Shown piece after piece: positions 21,721 through 29,678 of a stretch of 64,000 nt of DNA (position 1 is its first letter; every line of letters begins with the position of its first letter). The stretch spans positions 164,023-228,022 of the forward strand of contig JBBTCT010000007.1 of the NCBI GenBank assembly GCA_038060895.1, written 5' to 3'. The position numbers were made by a program, and so were the translations under genes. Under the pieces are notes generated by a model. That model was not told where the DNA came from. It did not search any database and saw only the letters and a program-made list of their open reading frames with translations. The stretch is from Planctomycetota bacterium (GTDB taxonomy: Bacteria; Planctomycetota; MHYJ01; WSZJ01).

Positions 21721-22599
21721 TCAAGCTCTGCAACCGCAGCAGATGTCAAAGGTTATGGTGTATTTCGACCATGCCGGAGGTCGCCCCGGAGACCCGATTC
21801 CAGGAGCGGTGACTTTTGGAGCAAGGCCTCCCACCGTTTCGGCGGGCACCGCGGGAGCAATCTCGCGAGCGTCTACCAAACTGACTCGAGTCGGCACGCA
21901 ATTCCCTCGCTGGCACGGCGGCAAAGCTGAGCAAATCCCCTTCGCTCTTTCCTTGGCCCAAGCCTCCAGCAGGGCCATGACGACTGGAATGACCTTTGAC
22001 TGCTCGGCCGCGTCCAGCGGTGTCGTTCCGAATTCGATTCCTATTTCAATGACGGGTTCAGGCAAGGTCGCCGGGAGCGGCCAAGGCCAGCCGGTGGGTT
22101 TGTTGATGTGCGCAATTTTGCGCGTCAATTTAGCAGTCTCGCAATGCGACATCGATGGGAAAAACGCGTTCGTTGTCCTTCTCATTCGAGCGCAGACATT
22201 GCAGTTCGTTCCCAAGGGCCACGAAACAATGACGCCCGGAATGCCAGGGAACCCAGGAGGATTTGTCGTGGGTGACAGGTCGGATGGATCGATCCAGTCC
22301 AAGGGCAGAGCCGGACCGATTGGAGGCGCTTCTGGTGGCGGCGGCCATGGACCGGACGGAGGATTCCACAGCCTTCCTCCTGACGGCGGCGGGTCTCTCC
22401 AATCCGGCGGAACCGGCCCGAACGGATCTTCCGGAAATGGCTTGATGGCATCGTCGGGAAGCAAGACCTCGGCCGCAATTTCCGTCCGCGCGATCGCTGA
22501 TTGTGAGCCCAGTTGATCAAGTGTGACTGGGCGCGCGAGCATTGCCCTAGCGATGAGCGACTGCTCTACATCCTGGAAAAGACTACTTTGCGAAGACAT
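21721..22599 (-). CDS. Hypothetical protein with a Pro-rich linker and Cys-rich C-terminal domain
   Basis: 292-aa ORF collinear with its neighbours; PPDWRDPPP/PWPPPPEAPP tract; CNVC, C..CQRGNC, terminal ICCGC; lower GC. Confidence 0.6.
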   Translation of the reverse strand: MSSQSSLFQDVEQSLIARAMLARPVTLDQLGSQSAIARTEIAAEVLLPDDAIKPFPEDPFGPVPPDWRDPPPSGGRLWNPPSGPWPPPPEAPPIGPALPLDWIDPSDLSPTTNPPGFPGIPGVIVSWPLGTNCNVCARMRRTTNAFFPSMSHCETAKLTRKIAHINKPTGWPWPLPATLPEPVIEIGIEFGTTPLDAAEQSKVIPVVMALLEAWAKERAKGICSALPPCQRGNCVPTRVSLVDAREIAPAVPAETVGGLAPKVTAPGIGSPGRPPAWSKYTITFDICCGCRA

Positions 22600-22640
22600 T
22601 TTAAGCTCCTGTGTTTCGATTCAGGGACTGCCACGAAAGG

Positions 22641-23324
22641 CTATTTGCAAGAACGCATCCTCACGCACCAGTCGAGCACCGTGTTCCACAAGCTGGCGAA
22701 CCTGGCCGCCTGAACTTCAGGCGACCGAAGGCCCTCTTCGATCGGGACGTTTCCGTCAACCTGCGGTCCTCCTACTCCTGTGGCTGCGACAAAGTCGGAA
22801 GTGGCCTTGTAGTGGTCGAGCCTGTTCGCCACGCGCCATTCTCGGTTCAGGTAGAGGAAGGCCTCGCTCGGCAGGAACCTCCGATGCGTCGGATCCTGAA
22901 ACGCCCAGTTCGACCTCAGCGCCGGGACAATGACGGTCACGAGCCCGCCCGGCTTGAGGATGCGCCAGCACTCGTCGAAGAACGCGAAGAAGAGGTCGCG
23001 GTCGCCGGTGGAGGCGGGGACGTCGCGGTAGTCCCCCTCGGGCGAGACGTAGACCATCGGGATGTGCTCGACGAAGTGCGAGCAGTGCAGTTCGTCAATG
23101 GAGCTGTCGGCCCAAGGCCAGGGGAACTTCATCAAGTTCACCCTGTGCTTCGCGTCCGCAAACATGTCCACGCCCTCGAAGCCCTCGCGGCAGGATTGAC
23201 CGCAGGCGAGATCGAGTTTGAGTTCGCGGGCGGGAGAGAGGACGACTTCCGGCGAGGAGGAGTCCGGTCCTTGGGCGGCCGATGGGTGCGTTTCATGGAG
23301 TGAGACGAGGGCATTTTCGCTCAT
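22641..23324 (-). CDS. Class I SAM-dependent methyltransferase (type 11-like)
   Basis: KLDLACGQ, EGVD, FPWPWADSSIDELHCSHFVEH, ECWRILKPGG, QDPTH; start MSENAL preceded by AAGGAG. Confidence 0.85.
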   Translation of the reverse strand: MSENALVSLHETHPSAAQGPDSSSPEVVLSPARELKLDLACGQSCREGFEGVDMFADAKHRVNLMKFPWPWADSSIDELHCSHFVEHIPMVYVSPEGDYRDVPASTGDRDLFFAFFDECWRILKPGGLVTVIVPALRSNWAFQDPTHRRFLPSEAFLYLNREWRVANRLDHYKATSDFVAATGVGGPQVDGNVPIEEGLRSPEVQAARFASLWNTVLDWCVRMRSCK

Positions 23325-23338
23325 GGCAAGGCGCTCCT

Positions 23339-23755
23339 TTATCCGCAGAAGAAACGGGCAACGAGGGAGAAGATGGCCGGGTTGCCGCCCGACTCGACGG
23401 CCACGAAACGGACCTGGGCGAAGCTGTTCCCCGTGATGGCGGCGGAAGCGCTGTACCCGACCGCGGTGATCTGCAGCGCCGACCCTGCGTTTGACCAGTT
23501 GAGGCCGTTGTTGCTGACCTGGGCCTGGACGGCGGTCTGGAGCGAAGCGCCGAAGATCACGATGGCGACGAAGTCGAAGGCGTTCGCACCGTGGGTCGGA
23601 ATGGGAGGCGAAACCACGGTCCCGCTTGCCGCCAGGGCGAGCGGGTCCCAGACGGGTTCCGTGAACTGCGCGCCGCTGCCGCAGGGGGTCGCGGCGGAGG
23701 CGGATTCCGCCGCTGGGGCGGGCGAGCCTTCGCAAGAGCAACCGTTTCCGCTCAT
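23339..23755 (-). CDS. Small beta-sandwich protein, QxSxDG.WS paralog 4, Cys-rich N-terminus
   Basis: MSGNGCSC...GANAFDF...QAQVSNNGLNWS...VGY...SFAQVRF; ATGA overlap with the upstream gene. Confidence 0.72.
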   Translation of the reverse strand: MSGNGCSCEGSPAPAAESASAATPCGSGAQFTEPVWDPLALAASGTVVSPPIPTHGANAFDFVAIVIFGASLQTAVQAQVSNNGLNWSNAGSALQITAVGYSASAAITGNSFAQVRFVAVESGGNPAIFSLVARFFCG

Positions 23756-24102
23756 GACTTGCCTTCCTTTCTCTCGCTTGAGGAATTGCCGGCGGGGTCC
23801 GCGGCTTCGATCAGGAGCAGTTCGGCGATGACGAGGCGCGCCTTCTCCAGCCAGAGGCGGGCGCGCAGCAAGGGATACCGCGTCGCGACTTCGCCGGACG
23901 AGCAGTATCCGGGACAGGTGCCTTGCCACGACGCGATCTCGGACCAGTCCGAGCCATCGCCGGAGCCTTGGAGAGCCACATGGAGCGTCCCGCGGGCGAG
24001 GTTCAGGATGATCATCTCCACGCGTACGGGGCCATCGCCCTTGCGGCGGATCGGCCTGGAGAAGCAGTCTCCGTCCTTGAACGCGAATCTGTGCCGCTGC
24101 AT
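23752..24102 (-). CDS. Small beta-sandwich protein, QxSxDG.WS paralog 3
   Basis: VRVEMIILNL...LQGSGDGSDWS...PGY...YPLLRARL; TGATG overlap at its start. Confidence 0.68.
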   Translation of the reverse strand: MQRHRFAFKDGDCFSRPIRRKGDGPVRVEMIILNLARGTLHVALQGSGDGSDWSEIASWQGTCPGYCSSGEVATRYPLLRARLWLEKARLVIAELLLIEAADPAGNSSSERKEGKS

Positions 24103-24233
24103 CAGTACACGATTCCTGTTCCCGGGTCGATGTGCCCGACCTTCACGCGGAAATCGACGGCGAGGCGCTTTCCCGGCTCGCGGGCCTCCTCGCAAAAGTA
24201 GCGGTCGATACCTGCGGGGTGACGCATCGTCAT
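24102..24233 (-). CDS. 43-aa hypothetical peptide
   Basis: MTMRHPAGIDRYFCEE...GIVY; start overlaps the upstream stop (ATGA) and stop overlaps the downstream start (TGATG). Confidence 0.5.
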   Translation of the reverse strand: MTMRHPAGIDRYFCEEAREPGKRLAVDFRVKVGHIDPGTGIVY

Positions 24234-24532
24234 ACGCTCAGCCTCAGAAATTCGCGCTCTTCGGCGACGGTGCTCTTGCCTGCGCGGATCTTTGCGCGCA
24301 GCTCTTCGGTGCGCGAAATCTCGAGCGCCGCTGCGGGCTCCGGCGCCGAGAGCTTGCGGCCGTCCTTCGACATCCGGCACCCGAAGCCGCCGTCTTTCCT
24401 GGCGACGACGGCGAAGCAGTCCGGGTGGCGCTTCTCCACGGCCGCGAGGCAGTCTTCGGGGGACAACGCGTCCGAGTAGGCGGCTACGCACAGGCCGTCG
24501 GAAAGCCGGCAGATGAGCTTGGTTGTGATCAT
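24230..24532 (-). CDS. Hypothetical 100-aa protein directly downstream of the fibre-like gene (possible fibre chaperone)
   Basis: MITTKLICRLSDGLCV...; ATGA overlaps at both ends. Confidence 0.62.
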   Translation of the reverse strand: MITTKLICRLSDGLCVAAYSDALSPEDCLAAVEKRHPDCFAVVARKDGGFGCRMSKDGRKLSAPEPAAALEISRTEELRAKIRAGKSTVAEEREFLRLSV

Positions 24533-25194
24533 GCGATCTTGCCCGGGGTTCCCCCGGATCCTTTCCGGATCGTGAGGGCGGATCCGCTGGAGGACGACTG
24601 GGCGAACTGGAGCTGCATGTTTCCCGCGTTGCTCGAGTTGAGGACCCAGAGCAGGACGTGCACCAGGCCGGGGTCGTCTCCCCCGAAGTTCGTGTCCCAG
24701 TCGAGCGCGCCGCCGCTGGACGTCGTGCGCCGGACGTTCGAGGACAGGCCGACCGAGCGGGACTCTGCGATCGCCAGGAGGTTCATCGTCGCGCCGCTGG
24801 GGACCGTGACCGCGATCTTGATTCCCGTACTCTTGAGCGCCGCCCCGATGTCGAGGTCGAACATCCAGAGCCACTCCTCGTTGGCCGCGATCGACTTCAC
24901 CATGTCCGTCACGTTGGTCAGCGTCGTGCTCGAAGTGATGCTCTGGTCCGCCGTCATCCGCACGGGGACCGGCGCGGACCCTGCCGTCCCGCCGACGATG
25001 CTGCTCCCGCTCCGCTTCAGGAATTCGCCATCCGCGACCGCCCCCATCGCCAGCGTCGTCGGACCGCCCGTCTCCCGAAGACGCTTCACGATCGCTTCGA
25101 GGATGTCCGTCGAGAGAAAGGCGTCCGAGCCGCCGGAGACGTGGGTGCTCTCGTGGGGGAGGACGCCCTGAGATTGGTCTCGAAGCGTCGGCAT
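24529..25194 (-). CDS. Phage tail-fibre/minor-tail-like protein (221 aa)
   Basis: HESTHVSGGSDA knuckle motif, DGEFLKRSG, TADQSITSSTTLTNVTD and GNMQLQFAQSSS...LTIRKGS, all resembling phage fibre motifs as remembered; TAATG overlap. Confidence 0.65.
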   Translation of the reverse strand: MPTLRDQSQGVLPHESTHVSGGSDAFLSTDILEAIVKRLRETGGPTTLAMGAVADGEFLKRSGSSIVGGTAGSAPVPVRMTADQSITSSTTLTNVTDMVKSIAANEEWLWMFDLDIGAALKSTGIKIAVTVPSGATMNLLAIAESRSVGLSSNVRRTTSSGGALDWDTNFGGDDPGLVHVLLWVLNSSNAGNMQLQFAQSSSSGSALTIRKGSGGTPGKIA

Positions 25195-25763
25195 TAGCCT
25201 TCCTCCAGGACGTCGAGGCCGCCGATGGTCCACGTCGGCGCGGTGGTCGCGGCCCAGGTGTAGATGAGAATCGAGCCGGTCTGTCCGATGGCGACGCCAT
25301 CGTGAAGGTCGGGATTCAGGACGAGGCCGGAGTAGACGGGCTGCTTCCACTGATAGAGGTAACGGACGGTCGAAGGCGAGCTCGCGACCAGGTTGTACCG
25401 GAAACTGAATCCTGCGGCGTAGTCGCTGTCGGCCATGGTCGCCTGCGGCGTGATCTCCGTGCCGCCCGAGGAGTAGCGGTTCGCGGGGTCGATCGCGAGG
25501 AGGATGTTGATGACGCCGCCCGCGGGCGTCCCGTCCTGGCAGAGCGTGAAGTTCGAGAGGATCACGCGGCGGCCGTTGGAGTTCGCCTGATTGATGAGGA
25601 AGGTGGGAGTCGTCGCGACGAATGACGTCTGACCCGTGATCGTCGTCCCCGGCGTCTGGTGCGAGATCGCGAAGCGCCGGCCGCCGAGGCACGAGGAATA
25701 CGCATTCGCGCGGTCCTGGTAGCGGACGGGGTCGAACAGGTAAGTCAGCGGAATGTCGGCCAT
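25194..25763 (-). CDS. Hypothetical Thr/Ser/Gly-rich beta protein (virion-structural-like, 189 aa)
   Basis: MADIPLTYLF...; GAGG RBS; no signal peptide; coupled to the fibre-like gene. Confidence 0.68.
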   Translation of the reverse strand: MADIPLTYLFDPVRYQDRANAYSSCLGGRRFAISHQTPGTTITGQTSFVATTPTFLINQANSNGRRVILSNFTLCQDGTPAGGVINILLAIDPANRYSSGGTEITPQATMADSDYAAGFSFRYNLVASSPSTVRYLYQWKQPVYSGLVLNPDLHDGVAIGQTGSILIYTWAATTAPTWTIGGLDVLEEG

Positions 25764-25940
25764 GGATGCCTCGATGAATTTTGAGAATCGACGGCGCTCT
25801 CCGGGACGCCGCAAACAAAACATCGGCGATCGGGAGAGGGCCGCCCCTGCGGACCCTTCTCGTCTTGCCCGTCGTGGCCTCTCCCCGCATGCCTGGCTCC
25901 GCCCTGAGCAAGCGAAGCGAGTCGAAGGGATTTGCGCGGT

Positions 25941-26273
25941 TTACTGGTGTGAAATATTACAACCAGCGTAGATGATTATCGTCCCGGAGCCTGCGCTCAC
26001 GCTGTAGCGGTACCGGATCAGCGCGAAGCCGACGCCGGTCGATTTCGTCGGGGCGCTGTAGCCGAGAACGAGGCCGGAATTTGCAGTGACGACGGACCAG
26101 TTGGCGCCGTCATTACTTCCTTGCACTTCAATTGTATAACTTGTCGCGCCGCCCAGGTTGAAGCAGACAGCATCGACCTGGACTGCATTTCCGCCACCCA
26201 TGTTCAGGGCTTGGGAAAAATTGTCCGTTCCGTTCGTGACCGCCAAACGCGCGGCCATCACCGTGTAGCCCAT
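25941..26273 (-). CDS. Small beta-sandwich protein, QxSxDG.WS paralog 2
   Basis: GGNAVQVDAVCFNL...IEVQGSNDGANWS...LGY...GVGFALIRYRY; GGAG RBS. Confidence 0.75.
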   Translation of the reverse strand: MGYTVMAARLAVTNGTDNFSQALNMGGGNAVQVDAVCFNLGGATSYTIEVQGSNDGANWSVVTANSGLVLGYSAPTKSTGVGFALIRYRYSVSAGSGTIIIYAGCNISHQ

Positions 26274-26292
26274 GATTTTCTCCGAATGAGTG

Positions 26293-26751
26293 TTAGTTTC
26301 TCCAGTGGTGAAGCGAGGCCGCGAGGACGCCCTCGCCACCTGCCGTGTCGCTTGCTTCGTAGAACAGCCGTACGAATCGGAACCCGATACCGCGGACCTT
26401 TGTCGTCGCGTAGCCGATCGTCGTCTTGCGGAACTGTGCCGCGTCCGACCAGCAGACCGCGTCGTTGCTCACTTGAACGCGGAAGGAGATCGATCTGAGC
26501 GTCAGGTTGGCGACGAGGATATCGACGCGCACCGCGTTGCTTCCCTCGACGCTCACGGCCATCGAGGCCGTGACCTCGCCTTCGCCCAGACCCAGGTCCG
26601 CCGCGACTCGCACCGTTCCCGGAACGAAGGGGGGCGTCGGAGCTTCCAGATCGGCTCCGATCGCGTCGATGCGGACAGCATCCTCCGGCGGAGCTTCCGC
26701 CGATTCGCCGCTGCATCCTTGACCCCTCGCACATCCGTCACAGCAAGGCAT
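26293..26751 (-). CDS. Small beta-sandwich protein, QxSxDG.WS paralog 1, Cys-rich N-terminus
   Basis: MPCCDGCARGQGC...GSNAVRVDILVANL...RVQVSNDAVCWS...IGY...GIGFRFVRLFY; GAGGAGG RBS. Confidence 0.75.
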   Translation of the reverse strand: MPCCDGCARGQGCSGESAEAPPEDAVRIDAIGADLEAPTPPFVPGTVRVAADLGLGEGEVTASMAVSVEGSNAVRVDILVANLTLRSISFRVQVSNDAVCWSDAAQFRKTTIGYATTKVRGIGFRFVRLFYEASDTAGGEGVLAASLHHWRN

Positions 26752-27130
26752 TCGCGCGCCTCCTCAAGGGCCCCGAGCGGCGGAGAACGCTGAAGAGGCG
26801 TTTCCACCCGGACGCGTACCAACTCTTCCTCGACGCGTCGTCGCCGGCCAGCAGAGCCCTGAGCTGGGACTCGAGCCGGAGGAAGGCGGGCTCGGAGCAC
26901 GCGGAGGGAGAAACAGCGCGGCGATCGGCCACGCGCTCCGAGATAAACCGGAGCGCGGCGAGCGCAAACTCGGGTCCACGGATCACCTCCCGGAGCATGA
27001 ACCGCTGGCTGATCGTGATCCGCTTTCGCTCCCCTCGCGAACGGCGGGGCGATCCAATTTCGGAAGCGCCGTCGATTTGGCGCCTGATTTCGTGGGCCCT
27101 GACCTGAAGCCCGTGATCGTGTCGATCCAT
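26738..27130 (-). CDS. Hypothetical protein, first gene of the cassette (start uncertain)
   Basis: ORF whose stop overlaps the start of paralog 1; the ATG at 27130 lies just downstream of the sigma54 motif; no recognisable motif. Confidence 0.4.
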   Translation of the reverse strand: MDRHDHGLQVRAHEIRRQIDGASEIGSPRRSRGERKRITISQRFMLREVIRGPEFALAALRFISERVADRRAVSPSACSEPAFLRLESQLRALLAGDDASRKSWYASGWKRLFSVLRRSGPLRRRANALL

Positions 27131-27142
27131 GCAGGGCCAACA

Positions 27143-27160
27143 TTGCAACCGGAGTGCCGG
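27143..27160 (-). promoter_or_regulatory. Sigma54 (-24/-12) promoter pointing into the small-protein cassette
   Basis: Minus strand CCGGCAC-TCCGG-TTGCAA: exact GG-N10-GC spacing, about 170 nt downstream of a sigma54 activator gene. Confidence 0.7.
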
Positions 27161-27328
27161 GATGGAGCCTGTGCCAAACAAGTCCGCAAGTCCTGACGCA
27201 GAAACGATTTCTTCACTCCCGATCAAAAACCTCGTTTCGCCTGGAGAAAGCAGATTTCACACCGCGAGCTTTCTGCGCTTTCTCATTCTTCAACATCAGG
27301 TGGAAAACATGACCCCGCGAAATGGCTC

Positions 27329-28948
27329 TCAGGCTTTCCCTGGATTCTCCTCAGGCCCTGCTACTTCGCTTCCGCGCCGAGGCCGGCGCGTCCTGCCCGC
27401 ACGGGGGATCAACCCGTATTTCTTGAACCGCTCCAGGGCCGCCTGCCGCGTGATGCAGAAAATCTCCGCCACCCCGTTCGTCGTGCCGTCCGACCTGCGC
27501 ACCGCGTCCAGAAAGACAGCCCGTTCCTCCACCTGTCGGGGATCGCCGGCGCCGGTGCCGGTCTCCTTCTCCCAGCGGGGAACGAGCGCGCGCAGCGCGT
27601 TGAACGAAATCGGGCCGGGCATGCAGGACAGGACGGCGAACTTCAGGAACGCGAAGAGCTCACGGACGTTTCCGGGCCAGGGCATGGAAATCAGGTACGC
27701 CTCCGCTTCCGGCTCGATCGATGGCGTGAAATTGGCGGGAAGACCTGTCGCTGTCGCGGCGCCAAGAAGGAAATGTGCGATCAGGAGGGGAATATCCTCG
27801 CGGCGCTCGCGAAGGGGCAGAACATGGATTGGGAACTGCATCAGCCTATAGAGAAGGTCTTCGCGGAACTGGCCCGCCGCCCGCATCGCACCCAGATCGC
27901 GCCGGGTTGCGACGACGATGCGCGCGCGGACGGGCACCGGGGTCGTGCCTCCGACCCGGCAGAGCTCCCGCTTCTCGAGGACCGAGAGCAGTTTCGACTG
28001 CAGTTCGAGCGGCACGTCCCCAATTTCGTCGAGAAGCAGAGTTCCCTTTCCGGCGGCTTCGAAACTCCCCGCGTGCACGGCGCCGGCGCCCGAGTAGCCG
28101 CCCTTTTCGTGACCGAAGAGTTCGTTTTCGATCAGGTTGGGGTTGAACTTGCTCAGGTCCACCGCGACGAACGGTTCCTTCGCACGCGCGGAATTCGCGT
28201 GGATCGCCTCTGCCACGCGTTCCTTGCCGGTCCCCGTCTCGCCGGTGATGACGACGATGGCCTCCGTCGGGGCAACTTTCAGGATCTGTCCGACGAGCGC
28301 CTGCCGTCCCGCGCTCTTCCCGAGAATTCCAGGGCAGAGATCTCCTGCTTTCACGACATCGGCCTGGGTGTGGATCGGCGGGAAGACCGCCTTGTGAAGA
28401 ACGCGGACCAGGTTCCCGTCTCGAATCTCCGTCGTGGCGGCCCAGGCGCGGGGCAACGCTTCCTGGACGCATTGATGCAAGACCTGAAAAAGCGCTTCCA
28501 GAACGACCAGCCGGCGCCCGGTCAGTTTTCGCGCATTCGGGCCGCGGGCGATCCCGAGGACGGCGACCGTTTTCCCGGACCACTCGAACGGGTAAAGAGA
28601 AATGCCCTGAGTTCCGGCCAGGACCGCCCGCTGCTCATCCGATGCATCTTTGGGAGGAGGAGAGACGTCCGGCGAAGTGAAGGCACAACCGAAGCGAAAG
28701 ACCGCCTGGATACGGTCGCCCGAAACGACGTTTCCCCCGGGGAATTTCGGATGTCTCACCGTCCTCGGCGCCACCAGGGGAATCGCCAGGGGACGATGAA
28801 CAAATGTGGCCGAGTGGGCCACGGTGGCCGCGACGATTCGGTTGAGCGTTTCCTCGACCGTCTGCCAACGGAGGGCGGAGTCGTGGGTCAGGCTCGAGTC
28901 CTGGAGGCGTCGTAGGCGATCGATCGCGGATTCGTGGTCAGGCCGCAT
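27329..28948 (-). CDS. Sigma54-dependent enhancer-binding protein (NtrC/Fis family AAA+) with GAF-like N-terminus; start uncertain
   Basis: GETGTGKE, ELFGHEKGGYSGA, LLLDEIG, FREDLLYRL, WPGNVREL, C-terminal HTH. Confidence 0.92.
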   Translation of the reverse strand: MRPDHESAIDRLRRLQDSSLTHDSALRWQTVEETLNRIVAATVAHSATFVHRPLAIPLVAPRTVRHPKFPGGNVVSGDRIQAVFRFGCAFTSPDVSPPPKDASDEQRAVLAGTQGISLYPFEWSGKTVAVLGIARGPNARKLTGRRLVVLEALFQVLHQCVQEALPRAWAATTEIRDGNLVRVLHKAVFPPIHTQADVVKAGDLCPGILGKSAGRQALVGQILKVAPTEAIVVITGETGTGKERVAEAIHANSARAKEPFVAVDLSKFNPNLIENELFGHEKGGYSGAGAVHAGSFEAAGKGTLLLDEIGDVPLELQSKLLSVLEKRELCRVGGTTPVPVRARIVVATRRDLGAMRAAGQFREDLLYRLMQFPIHVLPLRERREDIPLLIAHFLLGAATATGLPANFTPSIEPEAEAYLISMPWPGNVRELFAFLKFAVLSCMPGPISFNALRALVPRWEKETGTGAGDPRQVEERAVFLDAVRRSDGTTNGVAEIFCITRQAALERFKKYGLIPRAGRTRRPRRGSEVAGPEENPGKA

Positions 28949-29110
28949 GGGATTCACCGTGGCGGCGACCAGCGAACGACCTCCCCGGAACCAGGGGGGG
29001 GGGCACCACGTCATTTGATCTAATTGTATTGATGTGTCGCCTCCAGAAACCCCGTTTTCCGGACAGCCACTCTACAGCAACTGATCTCGTGATTCTCTCA
29101 CGATCGACAC

Positions 29111-29655
29111 TCAGAAGACGAGCGGCTTCCCCTCGCGAACAGCAATTACAAGCCGGCGGACCTCGTCGTCGCCGCCAACGTAAACAAGACGAGCCAACCG
29201 GCCGAGACGGCCGACGCGGATGTGGGGATTTGCCGCCACGATCCGGGAGAAGTCCGCGGCATCAGCTTGTCCCTGGGCTTCATCAGGTCGATCACCGCTT
29301 CGTTGGTCGCCGGATCGATCATCCTCGTCACGACTTCGAGGACGCGAACCGTGAGCGATGGAAGGGTTTCGCGAATCGCGCGCACCGCCTTTCGGTGACT
29401 CCTGGGCGCGACGACGACGTCCACATCGACGGCGGCTCGCGGTTTTCTCGTCCAGCCTCCGAGGGCGTGTGCGCCTGCGAGGACGAATCCCACCGCGGCT
29501 TCGTTAAGAACTTCGAGGACTTTCCGGAGCCGGACCATGTGTTTCACCTGCCAGCTCGATAGGGCGGCGGACGTCAGGATCCTGCGAGCGTGCTGAAAGA
29601 GGTTCAACGAGGGAGTAGCTCCATGAACCCTTCGCTTCCGCACCCTGGCCGGCAT
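29111..29655 (-). pseudogene. Nucleotidyltransferase-family gene with an internal deletion/frameshift
   Basis: FVLAGAHAL...PRAAVDVDVVV (G[GA]...DxD motif). After IDLMKPRDK a second frame continues ADAADFSRIVAANPHIRVGRLGRLARLVYVGGDDEVRRLV...LVF to TGA at 29111. Confidence 0.65.
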
Positions 29656-29678
29656 AGCTGTGGCACGCCCTCGACGCA

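Noticed and set aside
21629-22516. 295-aa plus-strand ORF opposite the Pro/Cys-rich gene
   Set aside because: Gly-rich mirror of the Pro-rich frame; all neighbours are on the minus strand. Not fully excluded.
22641-27130. Intact prophage, tailocin or eCIS
   Set aside because: No integrase, terminase, capsid, portal, sheath, tube, baseplate or lysis genes recognised.
27161-27180. Second TTTGGCAC motif as another sigma54 promoter
   Set aside because: No GC at the -12 position with the required spacing.
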